The notes under the pieces were generated by a model. It did no database searches. It saw only the letters and a program-made list of their open reading frames with translations, and had not been told where the DNA came from. The translations under genes and the position numbers were made by a program. DNA of 63,980 bases, filler included, from Acidimicrobiia bacterium (GTDB lineage Bacteria; Actinomycetota; Acidimicrobiia; Spongiisociales; SHLN01): NCBI GenBank assembly GCA_041619515.1. It is 5 parts of 5 records of this genome, joined end to end, with 100 filler letters (N's around TTAATTAATTAA, not from the genome) between each part and the next. Parts side by side here need not be neighbours in the genome. Positions count along the whole stretch, not along the records: positions 46,124 to 60,232 come from JBFKDW010000076.1; 4 more parts are not named here. One strand, given 5' to 3'. Numbering within the stretch: position 1 is the first letter of the stretch; each line of letters starts with the position of its first letter. Shown here one piece after another: positions 47,370 to 58,114 of this stretch.

Positions 47370-48476
47370 ATGGATGTGGTGCTGTCCCGCGACGGGGTCG
47401 CCGATCTGGTCCGGCAGTTGCGGGCGGATGGCCGCCGTGTCATCGCCCCGGTTCGCCGCGATGGGGCGATTCGGCTGGATGAGGTCGAATCGCTCGACGA
47501 ACTGCCCACCGGGTGGACCGACGACCAGGACGGAGGCTCCTACCGACTGCACCGGATCGAACGCCCGGAGCTGTTCGGTTCCGCCACCCCGGCAATGCCG
47601 TGGAAACGCTGGGTGTATCCGGAGCGGACCCTGCTCATGACCGCCGAGCGCCGCGACGATGGCATCACCATCACGACGCCCGAGCCCGAGGCGGTTCCCC
47701 AAGCCTTCTTCGGGATCCGCTCGTGCGATGTGCACGCTCTGTCGATTCTCGATCAGGTGTTCCTCGATCCGGTAGATCCGACCTACGCGGCGATGCGCCG
47801 GTCCACGTTCATCGTTGCCGTCGGATGCGCCCGGCCGGGAGGCACCTGCTTCTGCGCCTCGATGGGAACCGGGCCCGCACCGACGGCCGGCTACGACATA
47901 GCGCTCACCGAGATCTGCACGGTGGAACGGCACGACTTCTACGCCGAATCGGGCAGCGAGCAGGGGGCCGTGATGCTGGGCCGCCTCGACGGACGCTCCC
48001 CCACCGACGAGGACCGTGCGGTGGTGAGCGGCCTCATGACCGACGCCGCCGACCAGATGGGCAGGCGGTTGGACCCGACCGATCCCACCGCAGCCAGGGA
48101 CCACTACGACCACCCCCGATGGGACGACGTTGCCGCCCGGTGCCTGGCGTGCGCCAACTGCACGATGGTGTGCCCAACCTGCTTCTGCAGCACCACCGAG
48201 GACACGAGCGACCTGGCAGGCGTGGTGAGCCGCCGATGGCGCACCTGGGACTCCTGCTTCACGCTGGACTTCTCCTACGTCGGAGGGGCCCCGGCCCGCA
48301 GCTCGACGCGATCGCGGTACCGCCAATGGCTGCTCCACAAGCTGGTGACCTGGCATGACCAATTCGGCACGTCGGGGTGCGTCGGCTGCGGGCGCTGCAT
48401 CACGTGGTGTCCGGTCGGCATCGACCTGACGGTAGAGATTGCGGCAATCGCTCGAGAGCCGGGAGGTTCCACATGA
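47370..48476 (+). CDS. Group 3b [NiFe]-hydrogenase beta subunit (4Fe-4S, AsrA-like)
   Basis: [45 protein letters not shown]6-ATG. Confidence 0.92.
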   Translation: MDVVLSRDGVADLVRQLRADGRRVIAPVRRDGAIRLDEVESLDELPTGWTDDQDGGSYRLHRIERPELFGSATPAMPWKRWVYPERTLLMTAERRDDGITITTPEPEAVPQAFFGIRSCDVHALSILDQVFLDPVDPTYAAMRRSTFIVAVGCARPGGTCFCASMGTGPAPTAGYDIALTEICTVERHDFYAESGSEQGAVMLGRLDGRSPTDEDRAVVSGLMTDAADQMGRRLDPTDPTAARDHYDHPRWDDVAARCLACANCTMVCPTCFCSTTEDTSDLAGVVSRRWRTWDSCFTLDFSYVGGAPARSSTRSRYRQWLLHKLVTWHDQFGTSGCVGCGRCITWCPVGIDLTVEIAAIAREPGGST

Positions 48477-48937
48477 AATCAATCCGCGACTTGCTGGCCG
48501 AGCACCCCGTGTTCGGCAGCCTGGATTCATCGCTTCTCGAGCTCATGTCGGGCTGCGGCCGGAACGAGCACTTCGACAGCGGAGCCCAGATACTCAGGGA
48601 AGGAGCCGATGCCGACCACTTCTACCTGCTCCGCAGCGGCCGCGTCGCCCTCGAGGTGGCGATCCCCCACCGGGGGATAATCGTCATCGAAACACTCGGA
48701 CCCAGCGAGATACTCGGCGTTTCCTGGCCGTTCCCACCCTACCGATGGGCCTTCGATGCCAAAGCCATCGAACCGACATCGGCTATCTCGATCGACGCAG
48801 CCTGCTTGCGCCGCAAATGCGAAGAAGACCCGGTGCTCGGATATCAGGTCTTCAGCCGCTTCGCCCAGCTGATGCGAGATCGGCTGCAGGCCACCCGGCT
48901 CCAGCTGCTCGACGTGTACGGATCCCATGCCGGCTGA
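48473..48937 (+). CDS. Cyclic-nucleotide-binding domain protein
   Basis: [31 protein letters not shown]-coupled within the operon. Confidence 0.88.
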   Translation: MKSIRDLLAEHPVFGSLDSSLLELMSGCGRNEHFDSGAQILREGADADHFYLLRSGRVALEVAIPHRGIIVIETLGPSEILGVSWPFPPYRWAFDAKAIEPTSAISIDAACLRRKCEEDPVLGYQVFSRFAQLMRDRLQATRLQLLDVYGSHAG

Positions 48938-49775
48938 CCCCTCCTTCCTCAATGGGCAGGCGCCCATGGTGCCGATTGCCTACCGGGTCGAGTGGCGACG
49001 CCAGGACCTCCCCGACACCGTCACCCTCGGCATCGCCCCGGTCGAAGCCCCGCTGGCCACGCCCACTCCCGGGCAGTTCATGATGGTGTGGGCCTTCGGA
49101 GTCGGCGAAGTCCCGCTCTCGGTCAGCGGCATCGGAGAGGACGGCCGGCTCGAGCACACGGTTAGGAACGTCGGCGCCGTCACCGCCGCCCTCAGCCGCG
49201 CCAGGCCCGGCGAAATCGTCGGTGTGCGGGGCCCATACGGGGCGGGCTGGGACCTCGACCGGGCCACCGGACGCGATCTGCTGATCGTCGCCGGGGGCCT
49301 CGGGCTCGCCCCGCTGCGTCCGGCGATGCTCGAAGCGCTCGCCGAACGACACCGGTTTGGCCGGATGGCGCTGCTGGTAGGTGCCCGCGACCCGCAATCG
49401 CTCCTCTACACCGAGGAGCTGGAGCAGTGGCGGGGCCGCTTCGACATCGAAGTCGAAGTCACGGTGGACGCAGCACCGCCCTCCTGGCGCGGCGACGTCG
49501 GGGTCGTCACCAAACTGCTCGGCCGCGCCCCGGTCGACTACGCCGGCGCCACCGCCATCGTGTGCGGGCCCGAGGTGATGATGCGCTTCGTAGCCATCGG
49601 CCTGACCGATGCCGGCGTGCCACCGCACGAGATCTGGCTGTCGATGGAGCGCAACATGCGCTGCGGCATCGGGCACTGCGGACATTGCCAGCTGGGCCCG
49701 GAGTTCATCTGCAAGGACGGGCCGGTTCTTTCCTGGACGCGGATGGAGAAGCCGATGATGGTGAGAGAGCGATGA
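48927..49775 (+). CDS. Hydrogenase gamma subunit (FAD/NAD(P)-binding, 2Fe-2S)
   Basis: [34 protein letters not shown]. Confidence 0.93.
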   Translation: MPADPSFLNGQAPMVPIAYRVEWRRQDLPDTVTLGIAPVEAPLATPTPGQFMMVWAFGVGEVPLSVSGIGEDGRLEHTVRNVGAVTAALSRARPGEIVGVRGPYGAGWDLDRATGRDLLIVAGGLGLAPLRPAMLEALAERHRFGRMALLVGARDPQSLLYTEELEQWRGRFDIEVEVTVDAAPPSWRGDVGVVTKLLGRAPVDYAGATAIVCGPEVMMRFVAIGLTDAGVPPHEIWLSMERNMRCGIGHCGHCQLGPEFICKDGPVLSWTRMEKPMMVRER

Positions 49776-50566
49776 CCACCGTGCGGTCCTCGAGCGTCAA
49801 GCCCAAGCTGGCGGTCTGGAAGTTTGCCAGCTGCGACGGCTGCCAGCTCACCCTGCTGGATTGCGAGGACGAGCTGCTCGACGTGGCCGGTCAGGTGGAG
49901 ATCGCCTACTTCCTCGAAGCTTCCAGCGCCACCGTCGCCGGCCCCTACGACCTGTCGCTCGTCGAGGGATCGATCACCACCCCCCACGACGTCGAGCGCA
50001 TCCACGAGGTGAGGGAGCAGTCGAAGTTTCTCGTCACCATCGGCGCCTGTGCCACCGCCGGCGGGATCCAGGCACTTCGCAACTTCACCGACGTCGACGA
50101 GCTGCTCTCCATCGTGTATGCCACGCCTTCGTTCCTGTCGACGCTCGACACCTCGACGCCCATCTCCGATCACGTCACCGTCGAGTTCGAGCTGCGAGGG
50201 TGCCCGATAGACCGCAGCCAGCTGCTCGAGGTCATCGGCTCGTTTCTGGCCGGGCGCACGCCCAACGTGCCGGCCTACAGCGTCTGCATCGAGTGCAAGC
50301 GGCGAGGCACCACCTGCATCCTGGTGGCGAACGGCACCCCGTGCCTCGGGCCGGTGACACACGCCGGCTGTGGCGCCCTCTGCCCGGCGTTCGACCGGGG
50401 CTGTTACGGATGCTTTGGCCCGATGGAGACCCCCAACGTCGACTCTCTGGTCGGCGCCCTGGTCGGCGCCGGCATGGACGCTGGTGATGTCGAGCGGGTG
50501 TTCCGCACCTTCAACGCATGGTCGGAGCCGTTCCGGGGCGCCGGCGTATCGGAAGGAGACCCATGA
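49772..50566 (+). CDS. Hydrogenase small (delta) subunit
   Basis: ASCDGC, GACA..GG, GCP, CIEC..C..CLGP..GC...CP..CYGC. Confidence 0.94.
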   Translation: MTTVRSSSVKPKLAVWKFASCDGCQLTLLDCEDELLDVAGQVEIAYFLEASSATVAGPYDLSLVEGSITTPHDVERIHEVREQSKFLVTIGACATAGGIQALRNFTDVDELLSIVYATPSFLSTLDTSTPISDHVTVEFELRGCPIDRSQLLEVIGSFLAGRTPNVPAYSVCIECKRRGTTCILVANGTPCLGPVTHAGCGALCPAFDRGCYGCFGPMETPNVDSLVGALVGAGMDAGDVERVFRTFNAWSEPFRGAGVSEGDP

Positions 50567-51870
50567 GTCACAAGGCCAGGCCGCAGCGGAGCCTCACAAC
50601 GGAGGCTCTTGCCCGGGTGGAGGGTGAGGGCGCCATGCGGGTGGAGATCCACGATGGGCGGGTCGAGCGCGTGGAGTTGAACATCTACGAGCCTCCCCGG
50701 TTCTTCGAAGCCTTCCTGCGGGGACGCCGCTTCTCGGAGCCGCCCGACATCACGGCCCGGATCTGCGGTATCTGCCCGGTCGCCTACCAGATGAGTGCCT
50801 GCCGGGCCGTCGAGGACGCCCTCGGCATGGAGGTCTCCGGCCAGCTGCGCGAGCTGCGCAGACTTCTGTATTGCGGCGAGTGGATCGAAAGCCACATCCT
50901 CCACATCCACTTTCTCCATCTGCCGGACTTCTTCGGCCTGGACAGCGCCATCGAGCTGGCCGGAGTCAACCGGCCCGCGGTCGAGCGAGCGCTCGAGTTG
51001 AAGAAGATCGGGAACGAGCTGCTGGAGCTCATCGGAGGACGCGCCATCCACCCGATCAACGTGAAGGTGGGCGGCTTCTACAAGGTACCGACCCGTCGCC
51101 GGCTGCTGAGCTTCCGGCCGGTGCTGGAGCGAGCCCGAGATCTGGCAGCTGAGGTGGTGGCCCTCGTGTCCGGGCTCGACTTCCCCGACCTTCAGGTTGA
51201 GCATGAGTTCGTGGCCCTCCGGCACCCCTCGGAGTACGCCATCCTGGAGGGGCGCATCGTCTCCGATCGGGGGATCGACATCACCGAACAGGAGTTCCCC
51301 GACCACTTCGCCGAGCATCAGGTCGAGCACTCGACCGCCCTCCACTCCCGGGTGCGGGCACGCGGCGCCTATATGGTCGGCCCCCTGGCCCGGTACTCGC
51401 TCAACTTCGACCGCCTGACGCCCGTCGCCGCCCAGGCCGCCGCCGAGGCCGGGTTGGGCCCCGAATGCCGCAACCCGTTCCAGAGCATCGTGGTGCGGGC
51501 GGTCGAGACCCTCGACGTCTGCGAGGTGGCGCTGGGGATCGTCGACGCCTACGACGAGCCGGACCACCCGTCGGTCGAAGCGGAGGTGGGTGCGGGGGTT
51601 GGTCACGGCGCCACCGAGGCGCCTCGCGGCCTCCTCTACCATCGCTATCAGCTCGATGCGGATGGGCTGATCACCGATGCGGTCATCACCCCGCCGACCT
51701 CTCAGAACCAGGCAGCCGTCGAGGACGACCTCGTGCGGTTTGTCGAAGCGAACATCGCCGAGGAAGACGACGACGTGCTGCGGCGGGGTGCCGAAGTCGT
51801 GATTCGCAACCACGACCCGTGCATCAGCTGTGCCACCCACTTCCTCGATCTCACGGTGGTGCGATCGTGA
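50563..51870 (+). CDS. Group 3b [NiFe]-hydrogenase large (alpha) subunit
   Basis: RVEGEG, L1 [11 protein letters not shown]2 DPCISCATH with cleavable tail FLDLTVVRS. Confidence 0.96.
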   Translation: MSHKARPQRSLTTEALARVEGEGAMRVEIHDGRVERVELNIYEPPRFFEAFLRGRRFSEPPDITARICGICPVAYQMSACRAVEDALGMEVSGQLRELRRLLYCGEWIESHILHIHFLHLPDFFGLDSAIELAGVNRPAVERALELKKIGNELLELIGGRAIHPINVKVGGFYKVPTRRRLLSFRPVLERARDLAAEVVALVSGLDFPDLQVEHEFVALRHPSEYAILEGRIVSDRGIDITEQEFPDHFAEHQVEHSTALHSRVRARGAYMVGPLARYSLNFDRLTPVAAQAAAEAGLGPECRNPFQSIVVRAVETLDVCEVALGIVDAYDEPDHPSVEAEVGAGVGHGATEAPRGLLYHRYQLDADGLITDAVITPPTSQNQAAVEDDLVRFVEANIAEEDDDVLRRGAEVVIRNHDPCISCATHFLDLTVVRS

Positions 51871-52325
51871 GGCGAGCGGCGGTCATCGGCATCGGCAACC
51901 TGTTCCGCCATGACGACGGCGTCGGGCTGGTGGCGGCGGAGTTCCTCGAACCAGTCCGGCTCGACGCCGACGTGCTGCTGGAGACGGGCGAGCCCACCCG
52001 TCTCATCGATGCCTGGGAGGGGCGTTCGGTGACGGTAGTGATCGACGCCATCAGGGCGGGAAGCGACCCGGGCACCGTCCATCGAATCGAGGCCGGCGTC
52101 GATGGTTTCCCCGATGGAGGCCATTACACCAGCACGCACGGCGCCGGGCTCGAAGCCGCCTTCCACCTGGCCTGCGCGCTCGGCCGGGCCCCCGACCGTC
52201 TGATTGTCTACGGGATCGAGCCGGCCGACGTCTCCGAGGGAAGGGGCCTCACGCCCACGGTGTCCGCCGCGCTGCCGGGCCTCATCGACCGGGTGGCCCA
52301 AGAGGTCAGGGCGCTATGTGTCTGA
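51867..52325 (+). CDS. Hydrogenase maturation protease
   Basis: GIGNLFRHDDGVG, IDA, STH. Confidence 0.93.
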   Translation: MRRAAVIGIGNLFRHDDGVGLVAAEFLEPVRLDADVLLETGEPTRLIDAWEGRSVTVVIDAIRAGSDPGTVHRIEAGVDGFPDGGHYTSTHGAGLEAAFHLACALGRAPDRLIVYGIEPADVSEGRGLTPTVSAALPGLIDRVAQEVRALCV

Positions 52326-52558
52326 GCCAGCTGCTGAGGGTCGACGAGGTGATCGACGACGGCGCCACCGCCCGCTGCGACCGCAGTGGTCGCCCCGTGG
52401 AGGTGTCGCTCGCCGTTCTCACCCTGGGGGGCAACACGCCGGTGGCGGGGGATTGGATTCTGGTCAGCACCGGCATGGCAGTCGAACGGCTGAGCACCGA
52501 AGAGGCCGCCCACATCGACCAGGCGCGTCGCGCGCTGTTACAGGAGGAGAACGGATGA
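52316..52558 (+). CDS. hypC: HypC/HupF family chaperone
   Basis: N-terminal MC, GDWILVSTGMA (His of the VHxG motif replaced by Ser). Confidence 0.8.
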   Translation: MCLSQLLRVDEVIDDGATARCDRSGRPVEVSLAVLTLGGNTPVAGDWILVSTGMAVERLSTEEAAHIDQARRALLQEENG

Positions 52559-53487
52559 TCGACCAGCTCACGCGCACCGCCCCCCGCCGCGCCGGTGTGG
52601 CCGTTGCCGCTGCGACTGCGGTGATCTCGGGGTTCGCCGTCTTCGTGAACGGGTACGGCGTGCGGCGGTTTCCCGACGCCACCACCTACACCACGGCCAA
52701 GAACCTGGTGGCCGCCTCGATCCTGATCGGGTTGCTGGCGGCGGCAACCGGGCGCCGGTCCGGCCACGGGCTCAAGCAGCCGGACGGCCCCCGCCAGTGG
52801 TGGGGTCTTGGCGCCGTCGCCGTGATCGGGGGCAGCCTTCCGTTCGTCCTGTTCTTCGAGGGCCTGAGCCGGGCATCGTCCACCGACGCCGCGTTCATTC
52901 ACAAGACCCTGGTGGCGTGGGTCGCCATCGGAGCCGTTCTGGTGCTGCGCGAGCGTGTGACCGCGGTCCACCTCGGCGCCATCGGCCTGATCATCTTCGG
53001 GCAGGCGGCGGCCCGCGGCGGGGTCGGGTTGCCGGAGGCAGGCAGTGGGGAGCTCATGATCCTGGCCGCCACCTGGCTGTGGGCCATCGAGGTCGTCGTC
53101 GCCAAGCGACTGCTGGCCACAATCACCCCACTGACCGTGGGCGTCGCTCGCATGGCGGGCGGATCGATGGTGTTGATCGCCTGGGTGCTGATCAGCGGCC
53201 GGCTGGATGATCTGGCCGGGTTGGGCGCGTCGCAGCTCGGATGGGCGCTGCTGACCGGTGCCATACTCGCCGGCTACGTCGCGACCTGGCACTACGCGCT
53301 CTCGATGGCACCGGCGCTGGACGTGACGGCGGTCCTCGTGGCCGGGGCGGTCATCACCGCCTTGCTCAACGCCGGCCTGGCCGGGGCAGCTCTCGCTCCG
53401 CAGGCTCTCGGCCTGATCCTGATCCTGGGAGGGTCGGCCACCTTCGCCCTCCTGGCCGGCGGGCGCCGGCTGCCTGCCCCCTCATGA
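52555..53487 (+). CDS. EamA/DMT family transporter
   Basis: About 10 TM helices, AAFIHKTL; ATGA-coupled to hypC. Confidence 0.88.
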   Translation: MIDQLTRTAPRRAGVAVAAATAVISGFAVFVNGYGVRRFPDATTYTTAKNLVAASILIGLLAAATGRRSGHGLKQPDGPRQWWGLGAVAVIGGSLPFVLFFEGLSRASSTDAAFIHKTLVAWVAIGAVLVLRERVTAVHLGAIGLIIFGQAAARGGVGLPEAGSGELMILAATWLWAIEVVVAKRLLATITPLTVGVARMAGGSMVLIAWVLISGRLDDLAGLGASQLGWALLTGAILAGYVATWHYALSMAPALDVTAVLVAGAVITALLNAGLAGAALAPQALGLILILGGSATFALLAGGRRLPAPS

Positions 53488-54245
53488 GCGCTCCGGGGGC
53501 GGCGATGTTCGCCCGCTTCGCGTTTCCACCCAACCGGCTGGGCTATTGCGGCCCCGGCCGGCCTGAGGAAGTGTTCGCCTACGGGGCCGGCCTCGTCGCG
53601 CCCGACCCCGGATTGGAGCAGCTGGCCCGGGCCTTCGACGGAGCCTGGCCCTACCTGGAGCTGCTCAACCGCGCCGCCGCCGAGGACGACCCGCTCAGCC
53701 GTAGGGTGGTTGAGGCCTACTGGCTGGGGAACGACTTGCTGGCGGCGGTCGACCGCGCCGCCTGGGGAGACCATCTCACCGATCGGTTCCGACCCCGCAG
53801 CGGTGCTCGGACCGGGCTGGTGACCGGCGGCGTTGGGCACGGTGCGGTTCCCAATCACGCCTATCACGTCTTCTGCGTCTATCCCTGGATCGGCCTGCTG
53901 CGCGAAGGTCGGGCCGGCACCGAGCCGCTGCGGATCATGGACCAGTGCCGCATCCGCCTCGGAACCGTTTCTCGCCTGGATGGGACGCAGGCGACGGTGG
54001 TGAGCAGGCCGTTGACGTGGGTCGACAACGCCCTCGGGCTGGGGAACCCCCGGGCCGAGACGGTCACCTGTGGGACCGGGGACGGCACCCTGGCTTCCGG
54101 CATCGTGCCGGGGGATGCGGTTGCCCTCCACTGGGATTGGCTGTGCCAGCGGCTCACCGTTGGCCAGGCCCGCTGGCTCGAGCGGGTGACGAGGTCGCAG
54201 ATGACGGTGGCGAACACCTATGCGGGGGTTCGAGCGTTGGCGTGA
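53484..54245 (+). CDS. DUF6390-like protein
   Basis: FAFPPNRLGYCGP, VVEAYWLGN, PNHAYHV, DQCRI, GD.VALHWDWLC. Confidence 0.8.
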   Translation: MSAPGAAMFARFAFPPNRLGYCGPGRPEEVFAYGAGLVAPDPGLEQLARAFDGAWPYLELLNRAAAEDDPLSRRVVEAYWLGNDLLAAVDRAAWGDHLTDRFRPRSGARTGLVTGGVGHGAVPNHAYHVFCVYPWIGLLREGRAGTEPLRIMDQCRIRLGTVSRLDGTQATVVSRPLTWVDNALGLGNPRAETVTCGTGDGTLASGIVPGDAVALHWDWLCQRLTVGQARWLERVTRSQMTVANTYAGVRALA

Positions 54246-54438
54246 CCCGTCCCGAAGCGGTCCTGCACCCGTACGGCGCCACCCGCCGTGACAAGGCGTT
54301 CCGGCTGGTAAGGTCCGAACTGCAAACTGCTTGCGATACCTCGAGTACCTCGCCGGTAGGCGGAATTGAGAAGCCACTCGGACCGGCGGAAGGCGCTTCC
54401 GGTCGATCTTCTTCTCCCCTAGATCAAGAGGAGAAAGA

Positions 54439-54690
54439 ATGCCGCTCTACATGGACACCCACAGGAAGGTAGAGGGCCTCACCGCAGAGGCGGTAGCAGG
54501 AGCTCATCAGGCAGACCTGGCTACTCAAGAGAAGTACGGCGTCGAGTACAAGCAGTACTGGTTCAACGAGGCGGAAGGCGCCGTCTACTGCTTGGTGGAG
54601 GCCCCCAACGCCGAAGCGGCAATGGCCGTGCATCAGGAAGCGCACGGTCTCGTGGCCGACGACATCATCGAGGTCCACGAAGGCCACTGA
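54439..54690 (+). CDS. DUF4242 / SCO4226-type nickel-binding protein
   Basis: MDTH, AHQAD, YW, YCL.EAP, VHQEAHG; AGGAG RBS. Confidence 0.85.
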   Translation: MPLYMDTHRKVEGLTAEAVAGAHQADLATQEKYGVEYKQYWFNEAEGAVYCLVEAPNAEAAMAVHQEAHGLVADDIIEVHEGH

Positions 54691-54708
54691 GGTTTCCGAG
54701 CCGCTCTC

Positions 54709-55518
54709 ATGAGCGATCCACTGCGCGGCTTCGACCCCAGGGGCACCTATGACGCGGCCTCGCTCGACTACGAGCGGGGCTCGCGTGACTTCTGGCAGCA
54801 GTTGTCGCTGCGGACCGTGGCTCTGGCGTCACCGTTGCCGGGCGAGTCGGTCCTGGATGTCGCCTGCGGCACGGGCCCGTCGGTTGCCGCGGCCGCCCGA
54901 GCGGTCGGTGCGGACGGCCAGGTATTGGGGATCGACTACGCAGACCAGATGCTGGCGATCGCACGCGAGAAGGTGATGGTCGCGGGCCTGACCAACGTCG
55001 AGCTGAGAGCCGGCGACATGACCGACCTGGATCTACCGTCGGGCTCGTTCGACGTTGTGGTGTGCGTGCTCGGACTGTTCTTCGTCGACGACATGCCGAG
55101 CTTCGTGCGGTCTCTGTGGGAGCTGCTCCGTCCCGGCGGGCGGCTCGTGGTCACCGTGCTGGGAGACCGGTTCTTCCCGCCGATGCTCGATGTCTTCGTG
55201 GATGCCGTCCATGCCCAGCGCCCCGGTTTCGATGTGATCGAACCCTGGAGACGCACAGAGGACCCGAGCACACTCCAGGCGATCATGCTTGAGGCCGGCA
55301 TCGCCGCATCCGAGATCCACAGCGAGGTGGACGTCATCCCGGTCGAGCCCGTCGACTGGTGGCGGATCGTGCTGGGCACGGGTCTGCGACGCACGGCGAT
55401 GGCCCTCGACCCGGATGAGGCCGAGCGGGTGCGGGGAGGTTGCGAGCAGTTCATGCGCGAGCATGACATCGATCGGGTCGAACTCGCCTCCCACTACGTC
55501 ATCGCCGTCAGGTCCTAA
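54709..55518 (+). CDS. Class I SAM-dependent methyltransferase
   Basis: VLDVACGTG, GDM, FDVVVC, LRPGGRL. Confidence 0.92.
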   Translation: MSDPLRGFDPRGTYDAASLDYERGSRDFWQQLSLRTVALASPLPGESVLDVACGTGPSVAAAARAVGADGQVLGIDYADQMLAIAREKVMVAGLTNVELRAGDMTDLDLPSGSFDVVVCVLGLFFVDDMPSFVRSLWELLRPGGRLVVTVLGDRFFPPMLDVFVDAVHAQRPGFDVIEPWRRTEDPSTLQAIMLEAGIAASEIHSEVDVIPVEPVDWWRIVLGTGLRRTAMALDPDEAERVRGGCEQFMREHDIDRVELASHYVIAVRS

Positions 55519-55856
55519 GCGGACGATGTCCTCGCCGAGGCTGGGATACCCGTCGGGGGGCCTTACCCATGGATGCGGGCTGGCAACCCATAACGACGTG
55601 TCGCAGCGGTCTTGGTCTCAGTGATACATGCTCAAGAACCGGCAGGGAGGATGGGTTGGTGCGCCTCGGCCGAGCGTCCCCCGCGATCGCTTCAACTGGA
55701 GCCGTATCACCGAGATACGGGCTGGTAGGCTCGCTGACCAACCCGACCCACCAAATCCGGGCTTTTGGTGATAGGGAATAGTTGCGGGAGGAACCCGGGC
55801 CGGGTGGACCAGCCATCGGCCGATCACCTTCCCACTGTCAGAGAAGGAGGTATTCA

Positions 55857-57389
55857 ATGTTGTCGAGGTTCCCAAGACTCCCCGCACTGGGAGTGATCAC
55901 CGTAGTCCTGCTGATGGGAGGCCTCCTCGCAGGCATCGCCATCGGCCAAACCACCCCCGACACCTACACCGGCTGTCTCACCGACGGTGGACAGATCAAA
56001 GACGTAGCCATCGGCGACGACCCCCGCAAACCCCCATGCGAACCCAACGAGACCCAAATCTCATGGAACGAAACCGGACCGCCCGGTGCTGACGGAGCCG
56101 ACGGAGCCACAGGTCCCGCCGGTCCCGCAGGTCCCGCCGGTCCCGAAGGTCCCGCCGGTCCCGAAGGTCCCGCAGGTCCCGCCGGTCCCGCAGGTCCCGC
56201 CGGTCCCGAAGGTCCCGCCGGTCCCACAGGAGCCGCCGGTCCCGAAGGTCCCGCCGGTCCCGCAGGTCCCGCCGGTCCCGCAGGTCCCGCCGGTCCCGAA
56301 GGTCCCGCAGGTCCCGCAGGAGCCGACGGAGCTGATGGCGCCGACGGAGCCACCGGTCCCGAAGGTCCCGCAGGTCCCGCTGGTCCCGCAGGTCCCGCAG
56401 GTCCCGCAGGTCCCGCAGGTCCCGCAGGTCCCACAGGAGCCGACGGACCTCAAGGACCAGCCGGAGCGGACGGTGCTGACGGCGGATCGTGCTCGGTGTC
56501 CACCAACGCGACGCTGGACGAGGTCACGATTTCGTGCCCGGATGGCTCGAGCGTTACCTACGGTGTAATTCCGATCCTCGACACGACGTGCACCGTGACC
56601 AACGTCGACACGGCTGCTGTGTTCGGCGACCTTCAGTCGGCACACGATGCCGCCGCCCTCAGCGGGCACACGCTCGAGGTCAGGGGCACGTGCTACGGCA
56701 CGACCACGCTCAGCAAGAACCTGACGATCAACGGGATCAGCGGCCCCGCATGGGGTCCCGCGACGCTCGACGGAGCGGGTTCGACGACCGCCAGAATCTT
56801 GGAGTTCGCGCCGAACTCAACCGGGGCGCCACGGACGAACCTCGATGGCCTGACGATCACCAACGGCGCAGCCGGCGGCATTCACTGCTTCAAGCATGCG
56901 CTGCGGATGAGCAACATGACAGTCACCGGAAACGCCAGCGCGACGGCGGGCGCAGGGGTGTCCCTCGACGAGTGCAGAGGCACCACGATCACCACATCGG
57001 TGTTCACGGACAACCACTCAACCTTCAGCGGGTCGAACCTCCGCGGGGGCGGCGCCATCCACAGCGAGCGGAGCTTGTCGAGCATTACCCACTCGACGTT
57101 CAGTGGGAACTCCGCCCGGCACGGCGCCGCACTGCACACGCTCGAAGATACCGGGGCGGTACTCGACAATGTCACGATGACCGACAACCAGGCGGGTGAG
57201 TTCGGGGGTGGGATCAGCACCCGGTACGCATTCTCACCTACCCTCACCAATTCCACCATTACCGGAAACTCAGCGGGCACCACTGGTGGCGGCATCTACA
57301 AGTGGATAGATGCGTTACCAGTCACCGTGGACCCGTCGTCGACCGTCACGGGGAACACACCCAACGACTGTGCGGGACAGGTCTGCTGA
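55857..57389 (+). CDS. Secreted collagen-like protein with a C-terminal Pmp-like beta-helix
   Basis: AAGGAGG RBS, signal peptide, about 45 Gly-X-Y triplets, then FxxN/GGAI/GGGI repeats. Confidence 0.85.
   Translation: MLSRFPRLPALGVITVVLLMGGLLAGIAIGQTTPDTYTGCLTDGGQIKDVAIGDDPRKPPCEPNETQISWNETGPPGADGADGATGPAGPAGPAGPEGPAGPEGPAGPAGPAGPAGPEGPAGPTGAAGPEGPAGPAGPAGPAGPAGPEGPAGPAGADGADGADGATGPEGPAGPAGPAGPAGPAGPAGPAGPTGADGPQGPAGADGADGGSCSVSTNATLDEVTISCPDGSSVTYGVIPILDTTCTVTNVDTAAVFGDLQSAHDAAALSGHTLEVRGTCYGTTTLSKNLTINGISGPAWGPATLDGAGSTTARILEFAPNSTGAPRTNLDGLTITNGAAGGIHCFKHALRMSNMTVTGNASATAGAGVSLDECRGTTITTSVFTDNHSTFSGSNLRGGGAIHSERSLSSITHSTFSGNSARHGAALHTLEDTGAVLDNVTMTDNQAGEFGGGISTRYAFSPTLTNSTITGNSAGTTGGGIYKWIDALPVTVDPSSTVTGNTPNDCAGQVC
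56076..56483 (+). repeat. 9-bp tandem repeat (ggtcccgcc/gca/gaa) encoding GPA/GPE collagen triplets
   Basis: Directly visible tandem array. Confidence 0.95.
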
Positions 57390-57428
57390 CGCCGGTCGTC
57401 GGGGCTGTCTGCCCGTCGGACCCGATAG

Positions 57429-57463
57429 GGAATGGCCCGGCTGCCCAGCAGTCGGGCCATTCC
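57429..57463 (+). terminator. Hairpin downstream of the collagen-like gene
   Basis: ggaatggcccggctgc-cca-gcagtcgggccattcc, 16-bp stem. Confidence 0.6.
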
Positions 57464-57599
57464 TTCGGCCGGTACGTGACCGTGCCCGACTCGACCGTGG
57501 CTGGCGGCGTCGACAACCATCACGCCACCGGCACGCCTACCCAGATGGATGCCGGTGATTGACCATCGTCGGGCAGCGCGGCGACAACTACCGACTCGT

Positions 57600-57891
57600 C
57601 CGTCACGTAGGCGGCACTGATGTCCTTATCCTCGAGCGGGGTGTAGCGCCGTTTGGGAAAGATGATGCTTACCGCAGGCCTGTGGACGGATCGATGCCGT
57701 TGCGCCGCTGTGGCGACGGCTTGCCGGAGGCGTTCTCGGACAACGTGAACACGTTCTGCTTGGCGGCGTCTGGGAAGGAAGCAGTGATCGCGGCGCCGGA
57801 CGGCTCGGTGTACCTGTCGGCGGACAACGGGGCCACGTGGGAGCAAGCGGCGGCGGGCCTTCCCGGGGCGTACTGCGCCGCCTACGCCTAG
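57600..57891 (+). pseudogene. C-terminal remnant of a BNR/Asp-box beta-propeller protein
   Basis: DGSVYLSADNGATW Asp-box and GLP motifs with no plausible N-terminus. Confidence 0.5.
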
Positions 57892-58022
57892 CCCGCCTCG
57901 TAGATCACGCCCACGAAGCTCTCCGGCGTCAGCACCGCCACCCCGAACTCGTCTTCCATCGGCCGTGGTTCGAGACCGATGGGTTGGGTACACAAGGTGA
58001 AGCATCGTTCGGGACGCGCCCT

Positions 58023-58043
58023 GGAGTTTGCGAAGCAAACTCC
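58023..58043 (-). terminator. Hairpin just 3' of the tRNA-Ile fragment
   Basis: ggagtttgc-gaa-gcaaactcc, perfect 9-bp stem. Confidence 0.55.
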
Positions 58044-58067
58044 CAAGGAACGCCGGAGGTGTTCCCG

Positions 58068-58114
58068 TGGGCCCACCTGGATTTGAACCAGGGACCTCAT
58101 CCTTATCAGGGATG
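58068..58114 (-). mobile_element. att site: duplicated 3' half of tRNA-Ile(GAT)
   Basis: CATCC-CTGATAA-GGATG-AGGTC-CCTGG-TTCAAAT-CCAGG-TGGGCCCA with no D-arm or 5' acceptor strand upstream. Confidence 0.85.

Noticed and set aside
55519..55856. Long intergenic region before the collagen gene as a riboswitch
   Set aside because: No recognisable aptamer consensus or convincing expression platform by eye
56076..56483. Regular repeat array as a CRISPR
   Set aside because: 9-bp in-frame tandem units with no spacers and no cas genes; encodes collagen triplets
58068..58114. A functional tRNA-Ile gene
   Set aside because: No D-arm or 5' acceptor strand; interpreted as an att duplicate
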